Shown piece by piece: positions 33,262-46,100 of a DNA stretch of 64,000 nt. Every line of letters starts with the position of its first letter. Position 1 is the stretch's first letter. Origin of the DNA: a virus; IMG/VR virus record IMGVR_UViG_3300028394_000038, one strand, 5' to 3'. The position numbers and the translations under genes are program-made. The notes beneath the pieces are model-generated. The model was not told the DNA's origin, made no database searches, and saw only the letters and a list, made by a program, of their open reading frames with translations.

Positions 33262-33869
33262 TGAAACAAGAACTAGACGCATTGCTATGCGAGAAGTATC
33301 CTAAGATGATGATCAACCGCAACAAGGACATGAAAGAAACTTGTATGTGTTGGGGCTTTGAATGTGGCGATGGTTGGTACAATATCCTTAATCAACTCAT
33401 GGGTAATATCCAGCATCACATTGATTGGAAAGAGAAACAGCACAACTGGGCTGTCAAGTATAACGAAATGGCACAGGCTGGTAAGAGTGGTAACACAGAA
33501 CTGTTTGCTGATTTGGTAGCCAAGGAGTATGCAGACAAGCCAACCATCAGTGCAGACTACATCCGTGAACGTTGCGAAGACATGATTAAAGATCCGCTAC
33601 GTGATGTTCCAGAACTTGTTCCCCAGGTAACATTGGACCAAGTTAAAGAAAAGTTTGGCACACTACGTTTTTACTACACAGGCGGTGATGACTATATTAG
33701 CGGTATGGTTACTATGGCAGAAGCTATGAGTGGCTGTACTTGTGAAGGGTGTGGTAACCCTGCAAAAACACATGGTCCGGGCTGGATTAGAACTATTTGC
33801 GGACCTTGTGAAGAAAAGCGTGAAGCTGAACGTGCCAAATACGCAAAGCAAAATGGCTTTGAAGAATGA
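33261..33869 (+). CDS. phage protein with C-terminal zinc ribbon
   Basis: ECGDGW, QVKEKFGTLRFY, CEGCG...ICGPC. Confidence 0.75.
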   Translation: MKQELDALLCEKYPKMMINRNKDMKETCMCWGFECGDGWYNILNQLMGNIQHHIDWKEKQHNWAVKYNEMAQAGKSGNTELFADLVAKEYADKPTISADYIRERCEDMIKDPLRDVPELVPQVTLDQVKEKFGTLRFYYTGGDDYISGMVTMAEAMSGCTCEGCGNPAKTHGPGWIRTICGPCEEKREAERAKYAKQNGFEE

Positions 33870-34206
33870 CGCACAGGGGCACTTGGGTGTCAAATCAGTA
33901 AAGCCCACGTTTGAGGTTATGGTAATAGATGGCTTTGCACATCGAATCCACAAAACAGTAGTACACAAGTTTACAATGGGCGATGTTGAAGATCCAGACT
34001 TGTATGCCGCTCAGCCATTATTGGATTGGCAACAAAGCGAAATGGGCGAATGGATTATGGCTAGAGCAGTGGATACCCCTGAATGGCATAGACATGCTGA
34101 TGTAATGAGCTACGGATATCAATATGCAGTTGTTGCCAAACTAAAAGAAAAAGATTACACCTATTGGATTCTTAAATGGGGTAATGATGTTGACAAAAAA
34201 CGTTAA
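33853..34206 (+). CDS. phage hypothetical protein
   Basis: DVEDPDLYAAQP; start moved to ATG 33853 (track 33730). Confidence 0.65.
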   Translation: MALKNDAQGHLGVKSVKPTFEVMVIDGFAHRIHKTVVHKFTMGDVEDPDLYAAQPLLDWQQSEMGEWIMARAVDTPEWHRHADVMSYGYQYAVVAKLKEKDYTYWILKWGNDVDKKR

Positions 34207-34218
34207 ATGTAGTATAAT
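34190..34218 (+). promoter_or_regulatory. sigma70 promoter
   Basis: TTGACA-N17-TATAAT. Confidence 0.75.
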
Positions 34219-34224
34219 ACTAAT

Positions 34225-35085
34225 ATGAAAATCAAACTTGTATCAGACTTGCACTTGGAGTTTAGTGATATTAACATCACTAATGACGACAACTGCGATG
34301 TCCTTATTCTAGGTGGCGACATTATGATCGCACAGGATCTACACGATCATCCAGAGTTGAGCAATACTGCCGATCAACGGGCTATTGCCGCGGGTACTGG
34401 GTTGGGTCGTAGACAAGAACGTGCTCAAAGATTCCGCGACTTTTTTAAGCGTTGTTCATTCCAGTTTCCTCATGTAATCTACATTGCAGGTAACCATGAA
34501 TTTTATAATGGAAAGTTCTATGCTGGTATTGACTACTTGCGTGAAGAGTGCGCCAAGTATCCCAACATTTACTTTTTAGAATGTGATACTAAGGTCATCG
34601 ACGATGTGACATTTATCGGCGGTACACTCTGGACTGACATGAACAAGGGTGATCCTTTGACCATGCATGCCATTGAAGGTATGATGAACGACTTCCGTAT
34701 CATTAAAAACGACAAGCGTAACTATGCTCCTATGAGTTCTAGGGACGTTGCTGGCCGCCATGCTAGAACATTGCAGTACTTTAGAAGTGTACTTGCAGAA
34801 CAGCATGACAAGAAGTTTGTTGTGGTTGGGCACCACAGTCCTAGTTTCCAAAGTGCCCATGAAATGTATAAGCATGAAACCTTGATGAACGGCGGCTATC
34901 ACAGTGATTTGAGTGAGTTTATTATGGATCACCCGCAGATCAAACTGTGGACACATGGACATACTCATCATCCGTTTGATTATGTCATTGGAGAAACCCG
35001 TGTTGTGTGCAATCCGCGCGGTTATGAAAACGATGGTTACAGCGAAGACACAGGCTGGAACCCTAATATTGTATTGGAAGTTTAA
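34225..35085 (+). CDS. calcineurin-like metallophosphoesterase
   Basis: SDLHLE, GD, GNHE, HH.P, HGHTH, NPRGY. Confidence 0.88.
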   Translation: MKIKLVSDLHLEFSDINITNDDNCDVLILGGDIMIAQDLHDHPELSNTADQRAIAAGTGLGRRQERAQRFRDFFKRCSFQFPHVIYIAGNHEFYNGKFYAGIDYLREECAKYPNIYFLECDTKVIDDVTFIGGTLWTDMNKGDPLTMHAIEGMMNDFRIIKNDKRNYAPMSSRDVAGRHARTLQYFRSVLAEQHDKKFVVVGHHSPSFQSAHEMYKHETLMNGGYHSDLSEFIMDHPQIKLWTHGHTHHPFDYVIGETRVVCNPRGYENDGYSEDTGWNPNIVLEV

Positions 35086-35086
35086 T

Positions 35087-35284
35087 ATGACCTTAGAAGA
35101 TCTACAACATATCTTTGATCGACAGATAGAAGAAGGCACAGAAAAACTGTACTTCATGCTAGTTGATGGTGATTGCATGCCTGTGATCGAACGGCATCCT
35201 AGTGGAGATTTGGCTGGCCTATTGCCCATGCTAGATCATTTTCAATATGCAGGTAATGAAGTTATGCCGAGGTTTAAAAAATGA
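35087..35284 (+). CDS. hypothetical protein
   Basis: ATG 35087 within track ORF 34913..35284. Confidence 0.55.
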   Translation: MTLEDLQHIFDRQIEEGTEKLYFMLVDGDCMPVIERHPSGDLAGLLPMLDHFQYAGNEVMPRFKK

Positions 35285-35721
35285 AAATTGGACTTAGTTA
35301 TAGCCGTTGCGTTAGAGATATCGTTGACGGCAAAGTGGATATTGAAGATGTTCTAATATTAATCACTCGTACGGATTTTGATCCGCATGATGACAAACAG
35401 TGGGAAGGTATTTGGATTGGCTACGGTGGTGGTACAGAAAATGCTTACAGTCGCGGATTCTTTAGTCACAGCAATCCCGAATGGGCTGGCTATGAAGATG
35501 AAGATCAGTTCCGTAGTGTCAGCATTGAACTTTGGGAGTCTGGTAAACTACATCAGCCACGCAAGTTTGGCGCACATCCTCAGCGCCGTCCTGAGATTTG
35601 GTTAGAAGCTGTATTGCCGAGCGAAGAATTGGCAAAGAACCCTGCGGCTAAAACAGCGTGGGACAAGTTTCAAATGATTGCAGGGTTGACTAACGTAGAG
35701 TTGGACGACAAGTACAAATGA
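35281..35721 (+). CDS. hypothetical protein
   Basis: 146 aa, coupled. Confidence 0.7.
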   Translation: MKIGLSYSRCVRDIVDGKVDIEDVLILITRTDFDPHDDKQWEGIWIGYGGGTENAYSRGFFSHSNPEWAGYEDEDQFRSVSIELWESGKLHQPRKFGAHPQRRPEIWLEAVLPSEELAKNPAAKTAWDKFQMIAGLTNVELDDKYK

Positions 35722-36086
35722 TTAAAGGAATATCAGCATCCGTAGGATTAACAGTATCAGGCGGCAACACCGCACTACCTTATGTTGGACCTAATACTAG
35801 TAACCCCATGACGGGTATGCTACGCATCCACAACACAGAGATCGAAGTGTTCAACGGATCAAGTTGGCAACTGATACCTAGCAGTTACGCTACTGTGAGC
35901 ATGGATCAAGAAGTACTGGACGTAATACAATGGGCACGTACTCAACGTACTATGGCCATGAACCGTTTAGCCCTTGCTCAAAAGAATCCTGCACTGATGA
36001 AAGCTCTTGAGGCAGTTAAACGAGCAGAAGATAATTTTGAGTTACTGTCAACCATTGCTGGAGAATACGAGCATGTCGAACGTTAA
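35718..36086 (+). CDS. hypothetical protein
   Basis: 122 aa, coupled. Confidence 0.65.
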   Translation: MIKGISASVGLTVSGGNTALPYVGPNTSNPMTGMLRIHNTEIEVFNGSSWQLIPSSYATVSMDQEVLDVIQWARTQRTMAMNRLALAQKNPALMKALEAVKRAEDNFELLSTIAGEYEHVER

Positions 36087-36309
36087 GATTAGATACAGCG
36101 ATCAATGTAGTGTTAAAAATGTTGCCAGTGGCAAAAGCGTTGATGCAGAAGTCATGTCCTTTAATGAAGGTCGTAACTTAACAGTAGTCCTAAACAAAAG
36201 CGTAAAGATTCTTATGAACTGGAATGGTCGTATGTATGAAGGACGTTCAGCAGGTATGGACTTTACTAGCGACGGGCCTAAAGGTCAACAATATTCGGAG
36301 GGAAGATGA
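36073..36309 (+). CDS. hypothetical protein
   Basis: ATG 36073 after GGAG; track 36007..36309. Confidence 0.6.
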   Translation: MSNVKIRYSDQCSVKNVASGKSVDAEVMSFNEGRNLTVVLNKSVKILMNWNGRMYEGRSAGMDFTSDGPKGQQYSEGR

Positions 36310-37019
36310 GCAATGTATTAGAAGTAACTGATTGGATTAAAGACTTTGAGTTAACAGCAACCTACGAAGAAAAACCCGATACTTACAAGTTTGATCTATT
36401 AGAAGCGGCTGTTGTCCTTCATGATCATGCTCCGACATTTTTAAGCATTGAGGAGTCAAGAGTATTAGATGCTATCGATCAATCAGTTAAAGATCGTGCA
36501 GAAGCCATTCGCAAGTTCTATACCAAGCAATGGTTTTGGACTTCATTGTCAAGTAATAGAAGCATGAGTGCATTTCGTCAACGTGCTCACTACCTGTTAG
36601 AAAGCCGAACTCGAGAGGTCTTGAAGAAGGATATAGGTATATATGTAAAACTACCATGGTTCTACGAAGAAGATATGATCTATAACGATTTTAAAAAGAC
36701 ATTAAAGACAACCAAAGATATTCCAACTGTTAATCACGGTAGGAACAAAGTAGAAGTTGCTATTACATTTTTAAAGACATCAAATGGCTGGCAGGGAAAA
36801 CGTCGAACAACCAAGTATTGGTTTAAAGATGACAGTGACTATCTGTATTGTATCGATTTAGAAATGACCAACCCTCTAATGAGCATGTTTGACGAAGCTG
36901 TTAAAGAACGTGGCACTTGCAAATTTGAAACACTCATTCAGACTGATCGCATTGATCAACTATATTTTTATAAACTACACCAATATAAACTCTTAAAGGA
37001 AACAAATGAAATTTCGTAA
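36306..37019 (+). CDS. hypothetical protein
   Basis: 237 aa, coupled. Confidence 0.7.
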   Translation: MSNVLEVTDWIKDFELTATYEEKPDTYKFDLLEAAVVLHDHAPTFLSIEESRVLDAIDQSVKDRAEAIRKFYTKQWFWTSLSSNRSMSAFRQRAHYLLESRTREVLKKDIGIYVKLPWFYEEDMIYNDFKKTLKTTKDIPTVNHGRNKVEVAITFLKTSNGWQGKRRTTKYWFKDDSDYLYCIDLEMTNPLMSMFDEAVKERGTCKFETLIQTDRIDQLYFYKLHQYKLLKETNEIS

Positions 37020-37290
37020 GAAGCCGGTTGTTATAGAAGCCGTACAATTTTTCTTTACAGATGAATCAGTATCGCAGTTAGAAGAATTCTGCGGAGAATC
37101 TCTAGGCAACATTCGAAAAGAGCATGATAGTAGTCCTGCTGAAGCAGAGATTCGTACATTAGAAGATGGAACCCATTTAACTGTTAAGCATATTGCCACA
37201 GAGGGCGATTGGATTATCAAGGGGGTGCAAGGTGAGTTCTATGCTTGCAAGCCAGATATTTTTGAACAAACATATGAAAAGGTAGAATAA
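37006..37290 (+). CDS. conserved phage protein (PGDYG-like)
   Basis: [10 protein letters not shown]...[20 protein letters not shown]. Confidence 0.8.
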   Translation: MKFRKKPVVIEAVQFFFTDESVSQLEEFCGESLGNIRKEHDSSPAEAEIRTLEDGTHLTVKHIATEGDWIIKGVQGEFYACKPDIFEQTYEKVE

Positions 37291-37291
37291 G

Positions 37292-37885
37292 ATGTCCAAT
37301 TTAGTACCAATGGTAGTTGAGTCTACTAGCAAAGGTGAACGTGCGTATGACATTTACAGTCGTTTATTAAAAGATCGCATTGTGATGTTGGATACAGATG
37401 TTAATGAGCATACTGCTAGTCTAGTTGTTGCACAAATGTTATTCTTAGAAAGTGAAGATCCAAACAAAGACATTAGTTTCTTTATCAACAGTCCAGGTGG
37501 TGTTATCACTGCTGGTATGGCCATCTATGATACAATGCAGTTTATCAAATGTGATGTACAGACTATTGTTATGGGACAGGCTTGTAGCATGGGATCATTC
37601 TTAGCTCAGGCGGGTGCGGCCGGCAAGCGTAAAATACTTCCATATGCTCGTCATATGATTCATCAACCTAGTGGCGGTGCTCGTGGTATGCAAAGTGACA
37701 TTGAGATCCAATACAAAGAGATTACCAAGATGAAAACCATCTTAACTGAACTCTATGTCAAGCATAACACTAAGGGCAAGACCTATGCTGATTTTGAGCG
37801 TGATATGGATCGAGACACATTTATGTCAGCACAAGAGTCACTAGACTACGGATTGTGTGACGAAATCATTACAAAAAGACAATGA
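37292..37885 (+). CDS. clpP: ATP-dependent Clp protease proteolytic subunit
   Basis: [32 protein letters not shown]. Confidence 0.95.
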   Translation: MSNLVPMVVESTSKGERAYDIYSRLLKDRIVMLDTDVNEHTASLVVAQMLFLESEDPNKDISFFINSPGGVITAGMAIYDTMQFIKCDVQTIVMGQACSMGSFLAQAGAAGKRKILPYARHMIHQPSGGARGMQSDIEIQYKEITKMKTILTELYVKHNTKGKTYADFERDMDRDTFMSAQESLDYGLCDEIITKRQ

Positions 37886-38448
37886 CCATTCTATTTCAAA
37901 ATGGTTGGGAAACCGTTGAAACTTTTGACTTCAGTAGCCTAATCACTGCCGAAGATCAAAGACTTGCAATGACTGATATCGAACGAGTTATTGCTGATGG
38001 TAACTATTTTAAAAATAGTCCTGCCTATCAAACCAATATTAATGTCTTCAATCATCCTGGAGAACATTGGTTAAAGTTTAGAATGAGTTTTACATTTAGT
38101 TGCTTTATGTACCTAAAGAAAGAAGTAAAGATTGATCAAATACAAGCATGGAGTTTTATGACTTCAGATGCTGTTGTAGAGGATAGAGATAAGCTATGGC
38201 ATACTCATCAATACGGAAGCGAAAAGGCATTGTCAGGTATTTGGTATTTGCATATTCCAGATGATGTTGAGGATTGTAGCCAATGCGGTACCGAGTTTGC
38301 AATTAATGGAGTAGAGAATCCAGAACGTTGGGTAGCTGAGCCACAGGACTTTAGTTGGTTAATCTATCCGGGCAAGACTTGGCACAGGCCAATGCCTCCA
38401 CAATCAAGTAAGAACAGATTTATTATTGCCGCCGATATGGTATTTTAA
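37882..38448 (+). CDS. putative 2OG-Fe(II) oxygenase-like protein
   Basis: WHTH, LSGIWYL, WH.P, RFIIA. Confidence 0.55.
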   Translation: MTILFQNGWETVETFDFSSLITAEDQRLAMTDIERVIADGNYFKNSPAYQTNINVFNHPGEHWLKFRMSFTFSCFMYLKKEVKIDQIQAWSFMTSDAVVEDRDKLWHTHQYGSEKALSGIWYLHIPDDVEDCSQCGTEFAINGVENPERWVAEPQDFSWLIYPGKTWHRPMPPQSSKNRFIIAADMVF

Positions 38449-38455
38449 GGAATAT

Positions 38456-38761
38456 ATGACAGACATTACAGAACTAGCAGACTTTAAAGATACATGGTAC
38501 TCAACAGCCAATGAAGAGGAACGTAAACAATTCCGCAAATGGCTTTTGGGTATACTCAATATGCATGAAACAGTGGAAGTTACTTTCAAAAAAGCAGACG
38601 GAACCATTCGTGAAATGAAGTGTACACTCAAAGAAGGCATTCGTCCAGAAGTAAAAGAACCAAAAACTTCAGATACACTCTGTACGGTTTGGGCAACGGA
38701 TGTGACTGCCTGGCGCAGTTTTAAGTTCGAAAACATTACCAAAATCAATTTTAGCCTCTAA
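38456..38761 (+). CDS. WYL_2 / Sm-like SH3 beta-barrel protein
   Basis: VTFKKADGTIREMKCTL...WRSF. Confidence 0.7.
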   Translation: MTDITELADFKDTWYSTANEEERKQFRKWLLGILNMHETVEVTFKKADGTIREMKCTLKEGIRPEVKEPKTSDTLCTVWATDVTAWRSFKFENITKINFSL

Positions 38762-38778
38762 GTTCAGCCCAAAACAGG

Positions 38779-38807
38779 TTGACAAAGTGGCCGTTTGACT
38801 ATATAAT
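38779..38807 (+). promoter_or_regulatory. sigma70 promoter
   Basis: TTGACA-N17-TATAAT. Confidence 0.75.
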
Positions 38808-38839
38808 ATGTTTATTGTTTAGTTAATCAGGAGCAAAAA

Positions 38840-40045
38840 ATGGCAACAAAGACAGCAACAAAAACTCGTGTAACCAAAAAGCAAGTTACAGCCCACCGTA
38901 CTCGTGCAGTTAAAGATCACAGTCCTGTTTGGGAAGGTTGCGAAACTTGGGATGACAATACATTCCACCGTCACTTTAAACGCTCAATGGATTACTATCG
39001 CTTGGAATCCGAAATTAAAACTTACAAGCCCACAGTAGTCAAGTGGATGGAGTCAGTTGGCTGTACCAAAGCTGATATCACTGCTTTTAAGAAAGTCAAA
39101 GACAATCGCATTAGTACCACAATGGGTGCTGTTGCCGCTTGTTTGAATCGCGGTATGACTCCACAACGTGCTGGTTTTAATAATGGCCGCGATACTGCCG
39201 CATGGATGAGAGCAGAGATTGTTAAAGTTCTTGCTGAAGGCAAAAACGATATCGACCCAGAAACACTTGCCGCTGAAAAAGAAGCCGCAAAGAAAGAAGT
39301 ATATACTCCAAGTATTCAAGAACGCCTGCGTGAAGTTGCATTAGGTATGACTGAAGAACTAGAAAACGCATACGAAAACTTTCAAACCGATCCAGAAAAC
39401 TTTGATCCAAAAGCATTTAAAGTTCTTAACGTGTTAAAGAGTCAGCAGGCTAAAGCCGCCCACGCTCGCATCATCCGTGATTTTTATGCTCGTGATTTAG
39501 CAGAGCTTGAGGAACTTGCCAGTGGCCAAGGTGATGAACAGTTACGTGAAGCATATAGTCATCGTAGCAAGAAGCAGATCAAAGCATTTATTGCGTTCTT
39601 AACTGAAATCCAAAATGCCTGTACAATGCTCATGCAAGAAGCCAAAGTCAATCGTGCGCCACGTGCTAAGAAAGCTGTTCCGGCCGAAAAGATTGTTGGC
39701 AAACTCAAGTACATGAAGACTAATGAACCTTTAAAGCTCGTAAGTATTAACCCTGCAGATATTTTGGGTGCAAAAGAGCTGTGGGTTTACAATACCAAGA
39801 ACCGTAAAATTGGTCGTTATGTTGCTAAAGAGTACGGAGACCTTAGTGTAAAAGGTACTAGTATTATTAACTTTGATGAAAATCTCAGCATACAAAAGAC
39901 TGTTCGCAAGCCAGAAGATAAACTCAAAGAGTTTAAAGCCGCTGGTAAGGTTGCATTGCGTAAGTTCTTAGATGACATTAATGCTACAGATACCAAGTTA
40001 AACGGCCGTCTTAACGAAGAAACACTACTGCTTAAGGTACAATAA
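38840..40045 (+). CDS. large-phage hypothetical protein
   Basis: 401 aa; AGGAG RBS. Confidence 0.8.
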   Translation: MATKTATKTRVTKKQVTAHRTRAVKDHSPVWEGCETWDDNTFHRHFKRSMDYYRLESEIKTYKPTVVKWMESVGCTKADITAFKKVKDNRISTTMGAVAACLNRGMTPQRAGFNNGRDTAAWMRAEIVKVLAEGKNDIDPETLAAEKEAAKKEVYTPSIQERLREVALGMTEELENAYENFQTDPENFDPKAFKVLNVLKSQQAKAAHARIIRDFYARDLAELEELASGQGDEQLREAYSHRSKKQIKAFIAFLTEIQNACTMLMQEAKVNRAPRAKKAVPAEKIVGKLKYMKTNEPLKLVSINPADILGAKELWVYNTKNRKIGRYVAKEYGDLSVKGTSIINFDENLSIQKTVRKPEDKLKEFKAAGKVALRKFLDDINATDTKLNGRLNEETLLLKVQ

Positions 40046-40112
40046 AGACTGTTTATGCGTTCGTAAAACAAGTTTACAGGCATAGATAAATACTCTAAAG
40101 TGGAGTATTTCT

Positions 40113-43100
40113 ATGTCTGTGATTAGTGCTGACGCATTTAGAAGAATTGTTTTAGTTGATAACCTTGGTACGACCCAACCCGTTTTACGAGCAGATGACC
40201 GTAATGACGTATTAACAATCCGTGCAGGCACTGGCATTTCAATTCAGAAAGATGAAGGAGATGTAAACGCCGGATTTACAATCTATAATACAGGTGAGCC
40301 GGGACCTACTAGTATTGACGATATACTAGAAATTCCAACAATTGGAGAACGTCCACAACCAGCGGGCGTAAGCTGGAAGCCAATGGAGCTTGGTAAGTTA
40401 ACTGTTCAAGATTACTTGCCCGATAACCTAACAAAAACAACAAAGATGTTCTACACCGGACACGGTGTACAGGCTCCTACTAACAGTAGTCTCTCTTTAA
40501 CCGTTGCTGGAACAGGTACAGTTATTGTAGACGGCACTTCAGCATTGCGTTTGCCAGTTGGCGACATTGCTAGTCGTCCGGGAACTACAATTGGCACAGT
40601 ACAAGCAGGTCAAATACGTTTCAATTCCGAGATACCAAGATTTGAAGGCTATGATGGTCGAGGTTGGAACACGCTAGGCGGTGTAAGTAGTATTGATGGC
40701 GGTACAACTATTGCACCGGATCCTACATTACCCATACTAAACTTTAATGCTAACGGCTACCTAGTAGCCACAATGAGTAGCTTAAACACAAAAATCTTTA
40801 GTCCGGGACTTGTAATCCCAACTGGAACTACTGCTGAACGTCCGCCTGCTATTGTTGGACAGATTCGTTTCAATACGCAAAACACTCAGTTTGAAGGATA
40901 CAATGGTAGTGGTTGGTCAAGTCTAGGTGGGGTTCGAGACATTGATGGCAACACTTACATTGTTCCGGAACTAGGCCCAGGTACAAATGAAAATACCCTA
41001 TACTTTGTAACCAATGCCAATCTAGCTCTTACTCTAGACGGCAGTAGACTGTCTTTACAAAATGGTCGTTCTCTAATGTTTAGAGAAGGCATTGCCAGCG
41101 GCAATCAAACTGCAACTATTGCACCTCCAACAAATATTACATCAAGCTACACTCTTAAATTACCAACTAGTCTTGGATCAGCTGGTAGTGTATTAGGAGT
41201 TGATGGGTCAGGACAACTAGAATTTGTCAATGCCGATTCGAGTGCGGGTAGTAAGATCAACGTATCTGAACTATTTGGTGACGATAACAATGACGGGTTT
41301 AGTCGCCCTGTTAGAACACTAAAACGTGCATTGCAAATAGCATCAGGTTATGTTTATAGCCCAACATTTATCTATGAAGAGGAAGTATGTCGACGTGACG
41401 CTGGACTTATTATTGACAGTTTGGGTTGGGACCTAGTAACAGGATCCAACTGGAGATCTTTAAAGAGCGGACTTACTTATTTTAACGCCACAGCATTGCC
41501 TGTTATAACAACTCAACGTCCTCAAACAATACAGGCTGTTTCTTTCTTAAAACGAAAAGTATTAGACCTAGTAACAAGTGAACCAACAGTTACTACTACT
41601 CTTACAAGTTTATCAAATGAGATTATTGATATATTGACTAATGGCGTTGGTGCGGCAAATGCTGTATCAATGCCCGCACTAGCAGGTACACCTAGTGGTG
41701 TTGAAAACGCTAAGAACTTACTGTTATCTAACGCCAACTTCTTAGTAGCAGAAACTATTGCATGGATCAATTATCAAGCGGCAAACAATATTGCTCCATT
41801 TGACAAGAGCATTAGTTATGATGAGACTAAGTGTCGTAGAGATACTGGATTAATTTTAGATGCTGTAGGTTTTGACCTAGCACTAGGAACAAATTATAAT
41901 GCTGTAACTACTGGACTAGCATATCAACGATATTCTTATACAACACTACCATCACAAAAAACAGTAACCCTTTCTGCTATACAATTTGCAAAAACTAATA
42001 CTCTAGCACTTGCAGGAGTTAGTGCTGATGGAACTGCTACTACTAGAGCGGGTGCGGCATTTAATGAAATTATTGACATAATAACCAATGGCATAGTTCA
42101 AACAGCAACGGCCGCGGACGCATTAATATTCCCAACACCGACTGGAGCAAGTTCAAATAAAACTAATGCTAAAGATCAACTAATAGCCAATAAAGATTTC
42201 TTAAAAGCAGAAGTTATTGCTTGGTTAAATTTAAACTACCCGTCTGTTGGATTTGACCCTGCTCTATGCAGTCGAGATATGGGATACATTATTGATGCCC
42301 TATGTTATGATGTGTTGTATGGCGGCGATAGTGCAAGCATTCAAGTTGCTCAAACATATTTTACAGGCAGTGGCGCACAAGTATTACCATTGTTTCAAAG
42401 AGCCGCAACTGTGGCTGCATTTAATAGACTATCAGAAATTGCTCAACAGGTTATTATAAAAGACGAAGTAGTACCAACTGCTGGTAATACTGTCAGTCAA
42501 GATATTATTAACCCTGCAGGCACTACAACTGAATCGAATATAGTCTTTACACTGATCTCATATATTACTAGTTCTATTGCTAGTAATACAACTGCTGGAT
42601 TACCAAGTGTAACTTATCCATCAGTTACTTGGTCAGATGCCGGCCTACAAACTGCAAAGTCTGCTATTGCATCTGCTAGATCAACTATTATTAATGATAC
42701 TATTATTAATATTAACGCTAGCAACCCGTTTACCTATGACAGTGCCAAGTGTGCTAGGGATACTGCCTTTATTGTCAACTCAGTCGCATACGATTTAATC
42801 TACGGTGGTAACAGTCAAAGTCGAGATGCTGGCTTAAAATATTACAGTAATGTAACTGGTCTAACTCTAATTGGATCTCAAAATGCTCAAACTGCGGCGG
42901 CAATAGAAAGACTTAGAGCAGTTTCAATTCAAGTTGCACAAAATATTTCGATTGTTAAAACATCAGGTAATGCACAAAATCAAGTATCGGGTTCTGCAGG
43001 CAGTAGCGGTGCGGCTGCAATTATTTCAGCAAGGCTATCAGAAATTATATCAGTTGTTAGTGCTGGAACAAGTTATGCCCCAACATTGGTAGATCCAACA

Positions 43101-46100
43101 GTTGCAATAGATCCAGCATTAGGTCTCATACAAACAAAATTAGACAATGCTAAAGATCGTATTGCTGATAACGTAGTTGCGTTTACTAGCAAATATAAAC
43201 CAAATGGCAAGAAGATTGTTGTACAAGTTGCGGCCGGTAACTATGTTGAAGACAATCCAGTTATCATTCCAGACAATACAAGCGTACTAGGCGCAAGTCT
43301 TCGTGCCTGTGACATTCGTCCGTTAAATGCTAACCAAGACATGTTCCGTTTACGTAACGGTGCATACTTTGGTGAGTTTACTTTCCGAGATGCAGTTGAT
43401 GCGAGTGGCGTGCCAACATTCACTTTTGACTACGCTACTTCGTTTGATGATGCTACTGACATTTACACTAGTCGTCTTGGTTATACTAATATGCCTATTA
43501 GTAAACCTATTATTACTGTATCTCCATATATTCAAAACGTTTCCATCTTAAGTTTCTTAGGTGGTAACGGCGCAAAGGTTGACGGTAACCTAGTTGAAAC
43601 TCCTAACATTCCGTTGATTAGAGAAACTGCTGAATTCCCATTAAGTGGTCCAGCACCTGAACAAGGTAAGTCATTTGTTGCTAACGCATTTACCACATTG
43701 AGCTTTGGCGGTACTGGCTGGCGTATTATTAACGATGCCTATGCTCAGATTGTGTCATGCTTCCAGATTTTCATGTTGAACGGTTCGTATGCTCAGTCAG
43801 GCGGATATCTATCTGTTACTAACTCTGCTACTAACTTTGGTATCTATGCGCTTCGTGCATCTGGTTACAGCCCAAATGCATTTGCCTTTGACAAAGGTTA
43901 TATTGCATCAACTGGAACTAGCAACAGTAAACAGACTCTTACTACTCTAGGATTTGGTCGTGCGCCAACACAAGATTATGTTTTAAGATTTAGAAGCCCC
44001 GACTATAAGGTTGCCTATGACTTATTGTTAGCCAGCAAACTTGCAATACAGAACGCAACTATAACTTGGATTAATTTAACATATCCAAGTTTAACATATA
44101 ACAATGCAACTTGTTTTAGAGACGTTGGCCTGATCATCGATGCTGTTGCTTATGATACCTTCACTGGTGGTAACAGCAAGAGCGTAGAAGCCGCTACAAG
44201 TTACTATAAAGGCTCTACATCTAGTCAAATAGTTATAACTGGACAACTAACTGAAACTATTGCGGCAATTAATTATGCTAGAAGTCTAGCGTTGACTGCT
44301 GTTTCTAATAGCGGACTAGGCACATATGTTGGTAGTAAGTTTGATATTATTACCAACGGCCTTGCAGACCCAGCGGGAGTTCCTGTATCAGTTGGCTACG
44401 GTAATATTGGTGATATTACCAACAACTACAAACCGGCGGCAGTTAGTGTATCATTTGATGCGGCAGTTAATATAAATCCCGCCCTTGACACTATTACCAT
44501 TAACGCACACGGATTCACAAACGGTCAAGCAATTGTTTATCACGCAAATGACAATCCAGAAATTCCAGGATTAAACAACGAGCAAACTTACTATGTCAGT
44601 TATGTTGACCTTGATACCATTCGATTGACATTTGACGAAGGCGGAACTGTTTCTGTAGACATTAGAGCCACAGGTGTTGGTACACATTTCTTCTTTAAAA
44701 ATATTCAAGAGTTCTTTGTTGATGAAATACTTGAAAGTCATAACACCTATCAAGAACTAACTCTACAAGCTGGCTCATATAACTTTGTGCCAGGTAGTGA
44801 AATTACTGGCGTAACTGGCACTTCTAGTAACAATGCATTTGTGTATAGTTATGATCCAGTTAGCTATAAACTAGTTGTTAGTCTAAACAAAGTTACTGTT
44901 GGTGCAAGTATTATTCGAAATGCCTTTGCGGCCAACAGTACTATTAATTCAGATAACGGTGCACCTGCTACAACAAATATTGTAGTAAGTGATGTACTTG
45001 CTATCAATACATTATACTCTGCTAGATTTAGCGTACAGGGCACAACTGGAAACGGTCTACTAACTAACCTAGGTAATCTTCCAAATAAACAAATTTGGCT
45101 ACATCGTCCAAGTATTGTTAACAGTTCTGGACACACTTGGGAATATGCTGGATCGGGTGTTGACTACAATGCCCTACCACAAAACGGTGGACAAAGTATT
45201 TTCAAATATGAACAGTACAGTGATTTGCCAGGTCGAGTTTACTCTTCAGGTACTAACGAACTAGGTGACTTTAAAGTTGGTGACTTCATTAAGGCTGAAA
45301 ACAAAACTGGTAATGTTAGCTTTACCAACAAGGTATCAGTTGCACAGTTAGATGCACTACGTCTAGCGGTGGGTAATATTGTTATTGACTTTATCAGTGA
45401 TGACGTTGACCTAGGTGATAATGAACCAGGTGGCGCAAGTAACAGTCGTCTAACAACACAGTTAGCCATTCGTACATTCTTATCAAACAGACTAGGCGGA
45501 TTCATTGACAAGGCTGTAAGTACCAATGCTGTACCGGGTGCGGTTATTCAGTTGAATAGCTCAGGTCAGATTAATCCAGACTTGTTGCCTGCGGTCCGTG
45601 CCTTCAACTCAGCTAAGAGCAAGGGCTTCTATAGCAGACTAAGTCTAGTTGAAGAAGTACCTGCCTACGATTTCCTAAACGGTGACATTGTAACTGAAGA
45701 ATATGCCACAGTACAGTTGACATTAAGTGCGGCAATTTCAGCACCTGTTGGTTCACTAGTTGTTCAAGCAACTACAGGCGCCAGTGGTTACCTAATTGGC
45801 GATGTACTTGCTGAAACAGTTATCACAGTTGCCAGTGTGGGCGCATCTTTTAGTGCGGCATTTAATACTGTAGATAATTTAACAGTAGCCGGTGATGCTA
45901 CACCTTCTACAGGCAACGGAGTCGTAAAGCCAAACTTGGTAGGTACTGTGGCTAGTAACGTGCCTGCAAACTTTGTATTGTCAAATGCCAATGAAGGGCA
46001 ATATTTAAATCTACGTGCAGATCAAAGTTACAGCTTTACCAACGGCACAATTGTTACCAGTGCTAATGATAACGTACAAGGTACTGTTACATCTACAAGA

